A stretch of 63,895 nucleotides of DNA, the filler included, from Octopus bimaculoides (lineage: Eukaryota): NCBI RefSeq assembly GCF_001194135.2. It is 5 parts of 5 records of this genome, joined end to end, with 100 filler letters (N's around TTAATTAATTAA, not from the genome) between each part and the next. Parts side by side here need not be neighbours in the genome. Positions count along the whole stretch, not along the records: positions 31,365 to 47,227 come from NC_068983.1; positions 47,328 to 58,841 come from NC_068994.1; 3 more parts are not named here. One strand, given 5' to 3'. The translations under genes were made by a program, and so were the position numbers. Positions within the stretch are counted from its first letter, which is position 1, and each line of letters begins with the position of its first letter. Below the pieces are notes generated by a model, which did not search any database, had not been told where the DNA came from, and saw only the letters and a program-made list of their open reading frames with translations. Positions 37,301-52,595 of this stretch are shown in pieces.

Positions 37301-40300
37301 CACAACGTCAGACATTTTCTTTTATCTTATTAATATATTATTTCTTATATTTAATTGTTTATGTTATGATTTTATTTACTACAGGTACCTAGACCTTGTG
37401 GACACCCTGTATATGCCTCCTCGAAGTTTTTTTTTTCCTTTTATCTTTTACACCTTTTATTCGTTAAACTGCAACCATGGCTTGAAGACTTTTGTTAGAT
37501 TGTAACCATACTTTAAAGAATTTGTAGTCAAATGAATCGACCTCAGTATACTTTATCTTAAGCCTGGTACTTATTCTATGTGTGTCTTTTGCCTAAGTGC
37601 TAGGGTACGAGGGCGTAAACGCTCCAGTACCGGTTGTCAAACGGTAGTGCGGGGACAAACAAACACGAAGACACACACACACACAAACACACACGCACAC
37701 ACACACACATACATGTTTATATGTATGTATATATTTACGACGGCTTCTTTCAGTTCCTGTCCAACGGATCCACTCGCAAGACTTTGATCGGCCCGAGGCT
37801 ATATTGGAGGACACTTGTACAAGTTTCCTCGCAAACTTCGTATAACACAGCCGCGTCTTAACATGTTCGTGGGCGAGAAAGTTGTAGGAAGAGGAGAGGA
37901 GATTATTTTCGGCCTGTCAACCTGGATCATATTAATGAAATAGAGAGTTCCTAGTTAAAGATCCATATTGCTTGTGTTAAACGGAGATATTAATTAAGTC
38001 TATGCCCACGGAGCGGAGATGACACTAACGACAGGCTCCCACAAGTAGAAACATGTAAGGTGGCGAGCTGGCAGAAACGTTAGCACGACGGGTGAAATGC
38101 TTATCGGTAATCCGTATGCCGTTACGTTCTGAGTTCAATTTCCACCGAGGTCGACTTTGCCTTTCATCCTTTCGGGGTCGATAAAAAAGTACAAGTTATG
38201 CACTGGGATCGATGTAATCGACTTAATCCTTTTGTCTGTTCTTGTTTGTCCCCTCTATGTTTAACCCCTTGTGGGCAATAAAGAAATAAGAAACGTGTAA
38301 TGAGTTCAAAACTTGCTAAAAATATTGACTAAATTTTTGCATGTCATAACGTACGTTCTTATAAGTAGAATGTAGCTTTCGATAAAATGATACTATATAC
38401 CCTTTATTTCCGGAATAAAATACAGAATGCGAACACTGAAATATTTCTGTGTATAGAATGTCCGTCCAAGGTAAACACAGGATGAAGCAATAGTTACCTT
38501 TCCGCCACTTTGTATGAATCGTATTCCTGCTACAAGATAATGGCCCAAGGTGCCGTTCTGTGGGACTGAATGCAGCCTTCCTAATTCCGAAGCAAATGAG
38601 TTAACTGGACACCTAACTTCGGTGGAGTTTAAATTCAGAATTTTAACACGGACCAAATGTCGCTAAGCATTCTATCCGGTGTGCAAAACGATTCTGTCAG
38701 ATCACCGCCTCTTTTTTTTCTTTTTTTGTTTTTGTTTTTTGCTGCTGCATGTTGATAATATAACGATGCATGTTCAGAAGTTGATGTATAAACACTGAAT
38801 AACGCAGTTATTGCCTGCTTTAAAGAAGGCAATATTCGGTAAACTGATTTAATATATCACGTTTATGAACGAGAGAAGATAGCAAGAGAAAATCGATAAA
38901 AATATGTCTATATGAAAACGAGGCCAAAGAATACGGTGTTAAAGGATATTAGTCTCCACTTGAAAATAGTTACAAGTCAGTTCCAGTGAAAAGCATGCAA
39001 AATAAACGTAATAGAATTGACAATGCAAATTTAGTGGAAAATGTAAAATTGATATAAGCGACCTATGCTAAGAAAACTGCGCTAATTGATGGTGAACTCA
39101 ATAAGATGATTGATAGGAAATTAATTTTAATAATGATAAAATTATGAATATCAAAATTAATATTATAATTTAAAATATTTCTGCATTTCATCACAAGGGA
39201 AAATAAACTGAGACCGATTGGAACTAAAGTAGTAAGATAATTGATTACAAAATAATTGGTACTTAAAAGTACAAACTATATTATAACGTACTCACACATA
39301 CACATGGATATACATAACATACATACACACTTATACTCAGATATGTATGAATGTATGTATCCATGTGCGTGTTAGTGTCTGTATAAAGTGGATTAGATCG
39401 TCACAGAGGATAAATCACGTTGTCACAAATCTCTGAGCTCTGGTTTGAAACCTCAATTAAATCAAGTTTCACTTTCATCGTTTCTAAATAAATAAATATT
39501 AGTAGTACCCCGTGTAAATTTCGCGGTTATTTTGAAAATTCTAAGATAGAATAGTATATTTTCCTGAACAGTTAAAAACTTGAGATAATCCTTCCTACTA
39601 TTGGCACAAGGCCAGTAATTTGCGGGAAGAGGATAGTTGATTACATCGACCCTACTATTCAACTGGTACTTAATTTTCGGCCTCGAAAGGATGAAAGGCA
39701 AAGTCGACATCAGCGGAATTTGAACTCAGAACGTAAAGACGGACGAAATACCGCTAAGTATTTCGCCCGGCGTGCTAACGTTTCTTCCAGCTCACCGCCG
39801 TTAAAAACCTTCTGATAATGTAAAAGCCCTTATAAGTATTATTAAAGGAGAAATCTTAAGAAATAAAATCTCGGAAAACTATTATATTTCTACGTTTTCT
39901 AGATGCATCTAGTCATCTTGTGTATGTTTCTCATTCGAGAAATTGTAACTTATATGAAAATAGTGCAAACAACTTATGATTTGCGTTATTCTAACAATTT
40001 TATGAAAATATATCGACGAGTAGAGGTAGCATTTCTCCCATTTCAGAAATCATTCACATCCTTTACAATTATTAGCTATTAGCAGACGTTTCTTCTCTCT
40101 GTTAACTCTGCAAATAATTATGTTTCCCTCAACTAAAAACCACGAGTCGTGAAGGTGCTCCTGCTTGTTTTCATCTATCATCCCTTCTGCCTTTCGCTCC
40201 ACAAACCTTCAGTATTCGAAGGAGAATGACAGAAAACTGTGTTCTTGCCTCCAGCTTCTAAGGCATCTTTCTTTGAAATATTGAAGCACGCTTTCGGAAC

Positions 40301-40639
40301 ATGAAGTGCTGATGCTTACCTTTCAATAAGATAAAGCGGATAAATTATTTGGCTATCACAACTGAGGGCGTAAAACCAACGTACAGGAAATGTTAGTGTG
40401 CGCACGCATATATGGTGGACTAAAATTAAAGTAAAAGCTGGCAGAGAATTTTATCGGATATTCAGACTATATATGTTTGTGAACAGGGATAAAAACTCTT
40501 ACCCTATAGTAATTCTTATCCCTGTTCTTCATTGAGGGGGAAATGATGTGTACCATCATTGACTTTCTGAAGAAGCTGATTGAAGCCTGTCCAATATCCA
40601 CAGAAAGTTACAAGTTGTTTATGATAACAAATTGAAAAC

Positions 40640-41015
40640 ATGCTGGGTCGGCCAAAATGTCCGTTCGGCTTTCGTCGACACGAAACTCCAAGTACTCAAA
40701 GAAGTAAATAACTGCAGTCTGTCCTTTACACATACCAAGTCCGATGAAAACCTAGGAAGAGAGAGTTTGCATTTTGTGTACTTCAGATCGTCTTGAAAAT
40801 GAATAACCAAAGAGAACATTAAAAACTGTTGATGCCCTTTGAATTTAAACAACGGCAAGAAAGCGGTTCAAACTTCAGTAAGATATGTGCTGTGTACGGA
40901 AGGGATACTGTTATGGAAAGTGTGTACTAAATTTGATTTTCTAGGTTTCAATAGCGTGATTTATCGATTGAACATGCACCTCAATCTGGCGAGCCAACTG
41001 AGATTAACAGCGACA
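40640..41015 (+). mobile_element. Mariner 5' remnant
   Basis: TIR-like gctgggtcggccaaaatgtccgttcggcttt; MNNQREH..FEFK..KICAVYGRDTV and HAPQSGEPTEINSD resemble the mariner HTH N-terminus. Confidence 0.6.
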
Positions 41016-42584
41016 CCAGTCTCCGTTATAAGATTAGGATGATCAAACATATCTCCCAGATATCCAAATCGAGTTTTATCCGCTTGGTTATGGTAGCAGG
41101 ATTGATGTGTAGGTTCCCCATAGTTTGGTTAAGACTGGGTAATAGTTTACCTAATCGACTGTAAATATTTTTTTCTTTTCTCTTCCAAATAACCATATCA
41201 AGATCTGTTGTGCTTGTACTTAGAACTTTTGATGGGTAAGTTCCATCAATAGTCTTTGATGTGACATTTATGCATATATTCAATAATAGACATGTTATTT
41301 GTTTTTGTCTCCGAGCATTTTTGTGGGGTAAGTGCTATTTGATTTGTTCATTGCCAAGACGCAAGATGTTTGCTATATATCAGCGATTGCTTTATGTGTT
41401 TATGTGTGACAGAAGAGCCATCTGCAGTGCATTTAATCACTTCTACCGTTTTTCTTTTTTTCTTTTGAGACAGTCTCAATATCTCTGATACTTGGATGTT
41501 AGCAACTGATGTCAGAGTTTTATTAGATTTAGTATCTATGGAATGTTTTATTTCTGCTCATCAGTCAAGTACTGATGTTGTTCAATACTGGTTCTGCATG
41601 CGAGTTGTTCGATATTGGCTGGTAAAAGTACCTCTGACAGCCATAACTCTTTTAGTCTGTCATAATACGTATATTATGGCCATTTGTATGGCATATTTCC
41701 ATCACTACCTATCTATCAATCTATTTAAGCATGCATGCATGCACTGTCGTGAGCTATACTGTCGCAGAGAACAGACGAGAATTCCGCAGATTCTGCAAAG
41801 CAAACTGCATCCTTGATTTGTTCATAGTGATCAAATGCTTGTGTTTCACATTAGCGTATTCCTTCCATCAAATAGCTTTTATACAGGTGCACGGCTCATC
41901 ACACATTAGATGCCGACGTGATCGCCGAGCAACGTGAAATGGAGTGTTCTGCTTAAGAACACAGCGCACAGCGCGTTCAAGAAATTAGAAACCATGATCT
42001 CGCAATCATGAGTTTTACACACTAACGAGTATATACCACCCGACTTCACCACTTAGAATGCAAAATATGTGCACACACACGCACACATAGAATCATAGAA
42101 ACATGGTATAACAGGTATACTTTTACACACACACACACACTTACATACACTCTTTGTGGCATGAAAAGATGATGCATTGCAGAATGCGAACAATGATGAA
42201 CAGCCTTAATTGGTTTTCCGCACTTATTAATGTCTCACAAGAAGGGTCTACATCAGCTGAACATCCCGGGAAAGCAAAAATAGCAAATCTATTAGATAAC
42301 AGTTTTCATATCATAGATGTTCAACTCTTTATTTACTGAAACAGACCGTATTTCAGTCACATAAGAAAAATCAAACAACGTTCACTTTGTATTTTCTTCA
42401 TATTTCGAGATGTCTATCATACCATTGCACTTCTGAATACGCAAAGCTGGTGTGAAGAAAGGTCTGACGATATTGAGAGATGAAACGAAAATTTAACAGA
42501 TTTGACGCTTTCTTATATGACCAAGGTTTTCTTCCAGCACGTAATTGCAGCATTTTAAACACGCACGACCTGAGGTCAAACCAC

Positions 42585-42658
42585 TTGCATGAGATACAAA
42601 TATTGCATGAGATACAAATATTGCATGAGATACAAATATTGCATGAGATACAAATATT
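42585..42658. repeat. Four perfect copies of the 18-bp unit TTGCATGAGATACAAATA
   Basis: Direct inspection. Confidence 0.95.
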
Positions 42659-43715
42659 AATTGAAAGGTTAGTTCTGTATTATGTTATGTGTTCATATAG
42701 AGTTGTGGAAGATATTTATTGATGAAAGTTGCATCTGTATTTATTCTTTGCTGTACTGAGGTGTTCTGTGAACATTGATAGAAGGGGAAAATTAGGAAAT
42801 TAGGATTAAGGTTCTTAGCACACCTTTCTATGTGTCCACTGACCTGTATCCGTCTGTATTGTGGGTGGCGGATTTGTTCTTTGTGGAGAGTGTTTCTTCG
42901 ACGGAGTCATATTCCTGTTTGGCCAATATAATGATTACCATACCCTAAGCATGTAATGGCATAGATTAGGTTTTCCGAGGCACAGGTGAAATTTGATTTA
43001 ATCTTAAATATTTCACCGTGTTTAAAGTGGAATTCTGAACCCTCCAAAAGGTGGGGGCATGTGACACAGTTAGGTCGACCGCATTTTTTTCACTTTTGGT
43101 TCCGTTGTTAATGGATTTAGTCTTGCGCTGGTTGATATTTTTTTCAATGATTTACGTTGCATTTTGCTTTTAATAATTTGGTGTGAGCCTAAAATATATA
43201 TATACGTATATTCATATACATATATGCGTTTGTGTGTGTGTGAGAGAGAAAGGGGGAGAGAGAGAGAGGGAGAGTGCTTATTTCTCCGGGTGGGTGTATA
43301 TGTGTGACCCGTTATTTGTTTGTGAAGGATTATTTTTGTGCGTGCGCATGCATATCCATGTCTAGAAGGGATGTGCATTTAAACAGATTAAAGATATTTT
43401 CTTTTGCATTACTTTTTGTTTTATTTGTTACCTCAACCATTCACACACAGACACACACACATATACATGCGCAATAGCGCGTGGAAGATAAGTGCCTAGT
43501 TGTGTATACACACACACATAACTATGCCTTTATATAAGCATGCGTATGTATGCACATATAAATATTACATTCGCATGTTGGCATTTTGAAGTCTGCAGCA
43601 GTTATATCAATAGACAAGTGTAATTGCTAATGTATGTGCGAAATTTCTTAATATATTTTGCGCATACAGTGTAACAACCTGCTCTAATTATTCTATTCTA
43701 GCACAATGCAAATAC

Positions 43716-43782
<67 letters not shown>

Positions 43783-45145
43783 NNNNNNNNNNNNNNNNNN
43801 NNNNNNNNNNNNNNNNNNNNNNNNNNNNNNNNNNNNNNNNNNNNNNNNNNNNNNNNNNNNNNNNNNNNNNNNNNNNNNNNNNNNNNNNNNNNNNNNNNNN
43901 NNNNNNNNNNNNNNNNNNNNNNNNNNNNNNNNNNNNNNNNNNNNNNNNNNNNNNNNNNNNNNNNNNNNNNNNNNNNNNNNNNNNNNNNNNNNNNNNNNNN
44001 NNNNNNNNNNNNNNNNNNNNNNNNNNNNNNNNNNNNNNNNNNNNNNNNNNNNNNNNNNNNNNNNNNNNNNNNNNNNNNNNNNNNNNNNNNNNNNNNNNNN
44101 NNNNNNNNNNNNNNNNNNNNNNNNNNNNNNNNNNNNNNNNNNNNNNNNNNNNNNNNNNNNNNNNNNNNNNNNNNNNNNNNNNNNNNNNNNNNNNNNNNNN
44201 NNNNNNNNNNNNNNNNNNNNNNNNNNNNNNNNNNNNNNNNNNNNNNNNNNNNNNNNNNNNNNNNNNNNNNNNNNNNNNNNNNNNNNNNNNNNNNNNNNNN
44301 NNNNNNNNNNNNNNNNNNNNNNNNNNNNNNNNNNNNNNNNNNNNNNNNNNNNNNNNNNNNNNNNNNNNNNNNNNNNNNNNNNNNNNNNNNNNNNNNNNNN
44401 NNNNNNNNNNNNNNNNNNNNNNNNNNNNNNNNNNNNNNNNNNNNNNNNNNNNNNNNNNNNNNNNNNNNNNNNNNNNNNNNNNNNNNNNNNNNNNNNNNNN
44501 NNNNNNNNNNNNNNNNNNNNNNNNNNNNNNNNNNNNNNNNNNNNNNNNNNNNNNNNNNNNNNNNNNNNNNNNNNNNNNNNNNNNNNNNNNNNNNNNNNNN
44601 NNNNNNNNNNNNNNNNNNNNNNNNNNNNNNNNNNNNNNNNNNNNNNNNNNNNNNNNNNNNNNNNNNNNNNNNNNNNNNNNNTATATATATATATATATAT
44701 ATATATGCCTGCCTTAGTATGTGATTGTGTATAGGGGCATGCGTGTATATGCCTTTCTGTGTGTATGTGAGCAGCTTTTAGAGAAAAGCTTTCAGATAAC
44801 ATAGAAAAAACGTTTTTCCGTCGGGCAAATAAAACCACGTATAACTTTAGTCGCGTTAAATTCAATTTCATTTGATAACGTAAGAGGATAGATGGATATC
44901 ATACGAATATCTCGCACGCATTGCCACGAATGCACAAACAATCACGTTTACACCGGTACACGCACACGAAATAGAGCATCTTCATATATAATTATTCCAT
45001 ACGCACTGTGCGTATGTATATGTGCCTGTACTTCTGTGTGTTTATTATATAATGTATAATAATATGATAATTACAGATATAAATTGAAACATGTATCTAC
45101 TAAGTAGGTTAGCGAATGATCGTGTATGTGCGTGTATACATATTC

Positions 45146-45177
<32 letters not shown>

Positions 45178-46275
45178 TTGTGTGTGTGTTTGTGTGTGTT
45201 TGTGTAAGTCTGTGTATCTCGGAAAATGTATATGCATATGCATATATGTGTAAGTAAGTTTGTGCGAGCGTGTATCNNNNNNNNNNNNNNNNNNNNNNNN
45301 NNNNNNNNNNNNNNNNNNNNNNNNNNNNNNNNNNNNNNNNNNNNNNNNNNNNNNNNNNNNNNNNNNNNNNNNNNNNNNNNNNNNNNNNNNNNNNNNNNNN
45401 NNNNNNNNNNNNNNNNNNNNNNNNNNNNNNNNNNNNNNNNNNNNNNNNNNNNNNNNNNNNNNNNNNNNNNNNNNNNNNNNNNNNNNNNNNNNNNNNNNNN
45501 NNNNNNNNNNNNNNNNNNNNNNNNNNNNNNNNNNNNNNNNNNNNNNNNNNNNNNNNNNNNNNNNNNNNNNNNNNNNNNNNNNNNNNNNNNNNNNNNNNNN
45601 NNNNNNNNNNNNNNNNNNNNNNNNNNNNNNNNNNNNNNNNNNNNNNNNNNNNNNNNNNNNNNNNNNNNNNNNNNNNNNNNNNNNNNNNNNNNNNNNNNNN
45701 NNNNNNNNNNNNNNNNNNNNNNNNNNNNNNNNNNNNNNNNNNNNNNNNNNNNNNNNNNNNNNNNNNNNNNNNNNNNNNNNNNNNNNNNNNNNNNNNNNNN
45801 NNNNNNNNNNNNNNNNNNNNNNNNNNNNNNNNNNNNNNNNNNNNNNNNNNNNNNNNNNNNNNNNNNNNNNNNNNNNNNNNNNNNNNNNNNNNNNNNNNNN
45901 NNNNNNNNNNNNNNNNNNNNNNNNNNNNNNNNNNNNNNNNNNNNNNNNNNNNNNNNNNNNNNNNNNNNNNNNNNNNNNNNNNNNNNNNNNNNNNNNNNNN
46001 NNNNNNNNNNNNNNNNNNNNNNNNNNNNNNNNNNNNNNNNNNNNNNNNNNNNNNNNNNNNNNNNNNNNNNNNNNNNNNNNNNNNNNNNNNNNNNNNNNNN
46101 NNNNNNNNNNNNNNNNNNNNNNNNNNNNNNNNNNNNNNNNNNNNNNNNNNNNNNNNNNNNNNNNNNNNNNNNNNNNNNNNNNNNNNNNNNNNNNNNNNNN
46201 NNNNNNNNNNNNNNNNNNNNNNNNNNNNNNNNNNNNNNNNNNNNNNNNNNNNNNNNNNNNNNNNNNNNNNNNNNN

Positions 46276-46306
<31 letters not shown>

Positions 46307-47189
46307 GTGTGTTTTTAAAAAGCATATATATATTTGTACATGTGTATATAATCGTGTATATATGTTCATATACGAACATATATGAATACAAACGTATATA
46401 TATATATATATGTATATATTTGTGTGTGTGTTTGTGTGTGTTTGTGTAAGTCTGTGTATCTCGGAAAATGTATATGCATATGCATATATGTGTAAGTAAG
46501 TTTGTGCGAGCGTGTATCCTGCATTATGAGGGAATCTTTCAAAGTACAGCAGATGTTGCTGACTATCGATAAACCTTATGCTCAATTTCACAATACTTAT
46601 TAAAATATATGTTGATTTTCACAATATTTTCTTCTCCATTTATATTAGATACTGAATACCAGTATCAGAAAACCTTCATGCATTATTCAACTGCGTTTTC
46701 TTGATAGAAAGGTGATATGTGGCTACAAATAATCATCTTTTCACCCCACGAAAAATTTCACCTGTATGTATGTGTAAATGCAGAAGCACACAACCTGACG
46801 TCTATATATATATATGTGTATGTCTGTATATGTACAGACAAAATATATACATATATGTGTGCGTGTGTATGTATAAATATATAGACAAATACACACGCAT
46901 ACACGCACACACACATATATATGGGGTAATAGGTGTATATGCATATTTTAAGAGTTATTGCTCCCTCTTCGGCACGTCCAACTCATTAAGTATCTATGAA
47001 TACATTTCCTACACGGCAACTACAATATGCGGTGTAATACTATAGGTTAGGCAAATTTACATATTAAACAATGTGATCGAAGAGAGATAGGTAGGTAATG
47101 AGTGTGTATGCATACGCATATCTTAGGAGTTATTGTTGTTTCTTCAGCAACACATCTATAGAACATCTGTAGAGATAAAACTAATATAT

Positions 47190-47227
<38 letters not shown>

Positions 47228-50200
47228 NNNNNNNNNNNNNNNNNNNNNNNNNNNNNNNNNNNNNNNNNNNNTTAATTAATTAANNNNNNNNNNNNNNNNN
47301 NNNNNNNNNNNNNNNNNNNNNNNNNNNGGGTGGAGACACCAACATTTAAACGACATGGATTTCAAAAATTCATCTTTTAAACGGCTTCCTTTCATTGTTT
47401 TGCAATGCGTGAAAAAAAGTGGGGGCGGGAGAGGGTTCGGAATCCCGGCAAAAATTGGGAAATTCAAACAGCTATTTCCAGTTTCCAGTAGGAGGAAGGA
47501 GGTGGAGCACAATGAGTAATATTTACTGCATTTTTGACTTTGATGTAAATATATTTTTACAAGTGCTCACTACCTTGCCAAAACTATATCAGCGAAGTAA
47601 ACACCTCTAAATGCAGTAAAACCTATAACATATTCAAAACACTATTTTAGAAAATTATCACTGTTCTCTTTGAGCATACCGGGGCAAAACGGGTTAGACA
47701 AGATAAAGTAAATTTTCCTCTCCAGTTCTCCAGAATTACATTTGAAAAAGGACTCATGCACATAAACATCCATCCATCCATCCTTAGACATGAGAAAGAT
47801 TAGAAAGGCAACAAAATTTAAACTACCTTGGTCAAATGAAAGAGGATTATGGGAAAATAGCACATAATATGAAGTTAGTGTAACTCAACTAAATCTAAAA
47901 ATTCAACATAAAATATTCTCTATAGCTTCTTCACCAAATATTATCCAGATATTTTATTAGCTACTTCAATTACAATCGAGTAAAATTTGAGGAAAATTTT
48001 CTTGAAAATAGTATGTCACCTATGTTGCAAACTCTTAACTTCAGCAACAACTATGTAAACTATACTGACTAGCGGGTTGGCAGAAGATATCGATAGAATA
48101 AGCACCAGGTTTAAAAGAGTAAGTTCAGGGATCGATTTCTTCAACTAAAAGGTGGTACTTTAGCATGGCCACACTCAAATGACTGAAACAAGTAACAGAG
48201 TAAAAGAGTATTAAATATATATATATATATTATAGCCTCAGGCTGACCAAAGCCTCGTAAGTGGATTTCGTACACGGAAACTGAAAGAAGACTATCTTAT
48301 ATATGTGTGTGCGTGTGTGTGTGAGTTTGTAAGCCCACCATCGCTTGACAACTAATGTTGCTGGGTTTATATTCCCATACCTTAGCGGTTCGGTAAAAGA
48401 CACTGATATAATAAGTACTAGGCTTACAAAGAATAAATCCTGTGGTCGATTGGTCCAACCGATGCCGGTGCTCCAGCATGGCCGCAGTAATATGACTGAA
48501 ATAAGTAAAACAATAAAAAAAAACTATGCCTTTTTAATCCCGAGCAAGGCCGGGTCTCTCTCTCTCTCTACATATATATATATATATACATACCTACATA
48601 TATATATACACACATANNNNNNNNNNNNNNNNNNNNNNNNNNNNNNNNNNNNNNNNNNNNNNNNNNNNNNNNNNNNNNNNNNNNNNNNNNNNNNNNNNNN
48701 NNNNNNNNNNNNNNNNNNNNNNNNNNNNNNNNNNNNNNNNNNNNNNNNNNNNNNNNNNNNNNNNNNNNNNNNNNNNNNNNNNNNNNNNNNNNNNNNNNNN
48801 NNNNNNNNNNNNNNNNNNNNNNNNNNNNNNNNNNNNNNNNNNNNNNNNNNNNNNNNNNNNNNNNNNNNNNNNNNNNNNNNNNNNNNNNNNNNNNNNNNNN
48901 NNNNNNNNNNNNNNNNNNNNNNNNNNNNNNNNNNNNNNNNNNNNNNNNNNNNNNNNNNNNNNNNNNNNNNNNNNNNNNNNNNNNNNNNNNNNNNNNNNNN
49001 NNNNNNNNNNNNNNNNNNNNNNNNNNNNNNNNNNNNNNNNNNNNNNCATACAAACGCACACACACACACACACACACACGCACACACACACACATATACA
49101 CACTCGTACTTTCAGACACACAGATACATAGCTAAGAGCTCAAAGGCGATCGAAAGAAGAGAGAATGCCATACACAATTAATTGGAAGCTACTGAAACAA
49201 TCTGGACCATACCTCAACGGAAGAAACGGCGCAAATATTGTTTGAAGAATAAGGAAAATGAACCTAAAAAATTCACACTATCGAGGTGTCTTCTTGAATT
49301 CATAAAGTATAATTTTTAACCGTTGTTTTTATGACAAAATTTCGTTTTGTAAAAGTGGCCTTCCTCATTTGCGGACTAAAGAACAGACAAAACGTACATG
49401 CAGACCCATTTTGGCCACAGGTAGAATCCCTCAAGGGGAGGTAAGTTTTCATTTCTGTTCAGTTTCGTTTCGTTTGTTTTTTCACACCGCCTAACTAAAC
49501 TGTACACTTACCTCCATTAGCAGAAAGGCTATGTGCTTTTGGCTAGAAGGTCTGGTGAGTCGCCTATATTGCCAAGTGTAATAGTAGACCAAAAATGTAC
49601 TCGACGATATTAAGTACTATGTGTGTGTGTATATATATATAACCTATAAAAGTTTCTAAGGCCAGTCATATGCCTATTCAAGACATTTACTAATTTGAGC
49701 CATGAACATAGGACAACTATGAAAATAGGACAAACTTCAAACACTAGTCAGAAGCTAACTAGTTGTGACATGAGCCACGTCTTTCTATTTCATCAAGACT
49801 CCCTTTCCCTCTTAAATTCAGCTGCCCACTTTTGCACAGTTGATAAAGCTGGAGTGTCATCCTCTAATGTAGCAACCATGTCAGCATGAATGCACTTGGG
49901 GGGTCTAAACCGTTTTTCTGCAGGTACTTGATAACACGACGATGCCAAATTTTGTCTATTTTGAAGAAAAGTTGCAGCTAGTTACTTCTGAAATCTTTGA
50001 ATAACCAGAGGTCAATTTACCTGGAATGAAACAGTGCAGTTGTTAATATGAAGAATGCATGCAAGATTTCACTCCTTCATAGCCAATAAACTTTTCAGTC
50101 CACTCTCGTAGCTAAACATGTTACTCGATGCAGAAGTTTTATTAATAAAGATGAATGGACAATGGCTGTTCAGTATATGTTACAAATGTTTCAACAGCAT

Positions 50201-51080
50201 TGCGTTTTACTGTTTTACGCAAACGAAGATTGCAAGTAATTTCTTCGGGCATTTTGGAACCATCGGAAGAAAGGAAATCGACTGCCCAGAAATTTGATCT
50301 CGAGTAAAACTTAGGAGTATATTTTGATCACATCAATCGTAGGGGTTGGGTTTGAAAAAGGAACCCAATCAAACAGCATCAACGTAGTCACCACTAGCTT
50401 TGGTATTCACTGATAAGTCAGCATTGTAGTTAAACCATATATTTCTCTCTCTGTGACAAGAAAAGGAAATGAAATCTGAATTGCTTTTAATATCACATTG
50501 TTTCTGAAAACATACTTCTCATGAAAATAAGGAAATATTTCATGTGAAATGGGTTGTTTTGAGTACTGAAATGAGTCGAAAAAAGATATAATACTGCGTA
50601 TGTGTGTGTATATTTACAGTTTATATATTTTCAATGTTTATGTATATTTTTGCTGTGTATATATATTTTCGAGTCAATGAATTTCAAAGGTAAAATACAG
50701 TAACAAAAATGATTTAAAAAAATTTAAATGAGGATAACTTGAGAATAATTATATTCTTCCTACTTGGGTATATTTTTTAGAGAAAAATCCAATGGGTTTA
50801 AAGTTATATATATATATAGAGAGAGAGACAGGCGGATATTGTGTCGTATAGCCAGCTGGAAACGATGTTTCCTGGGGCTAAACAACAGTAACAATCGTCC
50901 CTTCCAGGACAGCCACATCATGTTGGCAAATAGTCTTTACTTTAATGAACTGTTACTGAATATCTCTCTTTGAGAGGTTTAAAAATAATAATATTTCTAT
51001 TTATATATACATATATACATATATAAACTGTATACACAAGCGCACGCACACATACACACGCACTTACATACCTATATACA

Positions 51081-51128
<48 letters not shown>

Positions 51129-51369
51129 CGTTCGTGCATCCATGCGTGTATCTTTGTCTTTTATCTTTAACTTGCTTCAGTCATTAGACTGCGACCATGC
51201 TGGAGCACCGCCTTAAAGAATTTTTAATCCAATGAATCGACTCCAGTACTTACTCTTTTAAAGCCTGATACTTATTCTATCGATCTGTTTTGCCGAACTG
51301 CTAATTAACGTGGACGTAAACACATCAACACCAGTTGTCAAAGCAGACACAAACATATATACACAGACA

Positions 51370-52250
51370 TGCAGGAAGTAAATAGACACCTTTAATTTTC
51401 AAAATCTTTTATTTAATACGCAAATCGAACAATTGAAATGTAATTGATAGGTAGGACTACATACTTTAGTATTTAGCTGACATTCCCTTTGCAGTTTTTA
51501 ATTCAGAAACTCTTTTTGGCATTGAACTGATGAGCTTCGTGATTGTCTCTTGTGGAATTTCTGCCCACTTTTCACAAACAGTTCATTAGATTTAGGTTTC
51601 TGTCGAGTTTTTCGTATAGATCTATCTAGTGTGCTCCAAAGATTTTCAATTGGGTTCATGTCAGGAGATTGGATCGGACAAGGAAGCTTTTTGATACCAT
51701 TTCCAGTCAACCATTGTTGATTCCTTTTCGCTGTGTGGCATGGATCCCCATCTTCCATGAATAAAACTAATTTTTCGTTATGTTATCGTGTGAATACATC
51801 AGAAGTAGTCCTTGCTCAAGTATTTCCAAGTATTTTTCAGAGTTTATGGTTCGAACACATTCGATCAGCTCAGAACGACCATTGCTGGTGACAGCTCCCT
51901 ATACCACTACAGAGATACCGCCATGTTTCACAGTTGGCTGGAGTCGTTTCAAATTAAATTCTTGATTGGGAAGCCTCCAGACCCAACCATATCCACTGTC
52001 TGAAAATAAAGCAAATCTGGATTCATCTGAGAAAATCACTGGATTTTTCTGACATCTTCTTAGCCCATTTCTTTCTTTTCATGATATTAATTGGTTGAAG
52101 GAGAGGTTTTCTTCTAGCTACTCGTCCATAATACCCAAGCTTATGCAGATATGTAACACACGTTCTTGGACAACCTTCTAGCTGTTTTGCAATGTCAGAA
52201 GCCTTCGAACGGGGTTCGTTTTCTACAATTCTCTTGAAACTGCGAACGGT
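51370..52250 (-). mobile_element. Tc1-family transposase remnant (DD34E)
   Basis: VIFSDESRF (52050-52015); MEDGDPCHTAK...QSPDMNPIENLW with D-34-E spacing; frameshifted. Confidence 0.9.
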
Positions 52251-52564
52251 GGAGAAATATATGCTAACATGTATATTATATACAAAAACCAGCTTACATA
52301 AATTATTATCGTTTTAAATACGATTTGAACGAAGTTTAAGGTTAAAATAATAATAAAGATAATATTAGTACATATTTAACATATTAGCATATATTATAAT
52401 AGATGTAGGGATGATTATGGAACGTTTATTATTTTGATATTTTTAATAATTTTTCTATCTTTATAAAATAAGTATTTTATATAAATTCATTTAGTACTTA
52501 TTGTTNNNNNNNNNNATAAATTGATTTTAATTGAGTTTTTACCTGTAATTTTGGATTTTGTCCC

Positions 52565-52595
<31 letters not shown>

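Noticed and set aside
41020-41700. Weak resemblance on the minus strand to an R4/Dong-type LINE or mariner fragment
   Set aside because: Too decayed to assign without a profile search
42585-42658. CRISPR-like appearance of short repeats here and in the satellite
   Set aside because: No unique spacers, no cas genes, eukaryotic context
45150-46516. Identical ~110-bp direct repeat on both sides of a gap
   Set aside because: Most likely overlapping contig ends left unmerged
47410-47470. GC-box-like GGGGCGGG, possible promoter
   Set aside because: Single motif at a scaffold edge with no associated exon
49880-50380. Possible second Tc1-like DDE remnant
   Set aside because: Catalytic motifs not recoverable by eye
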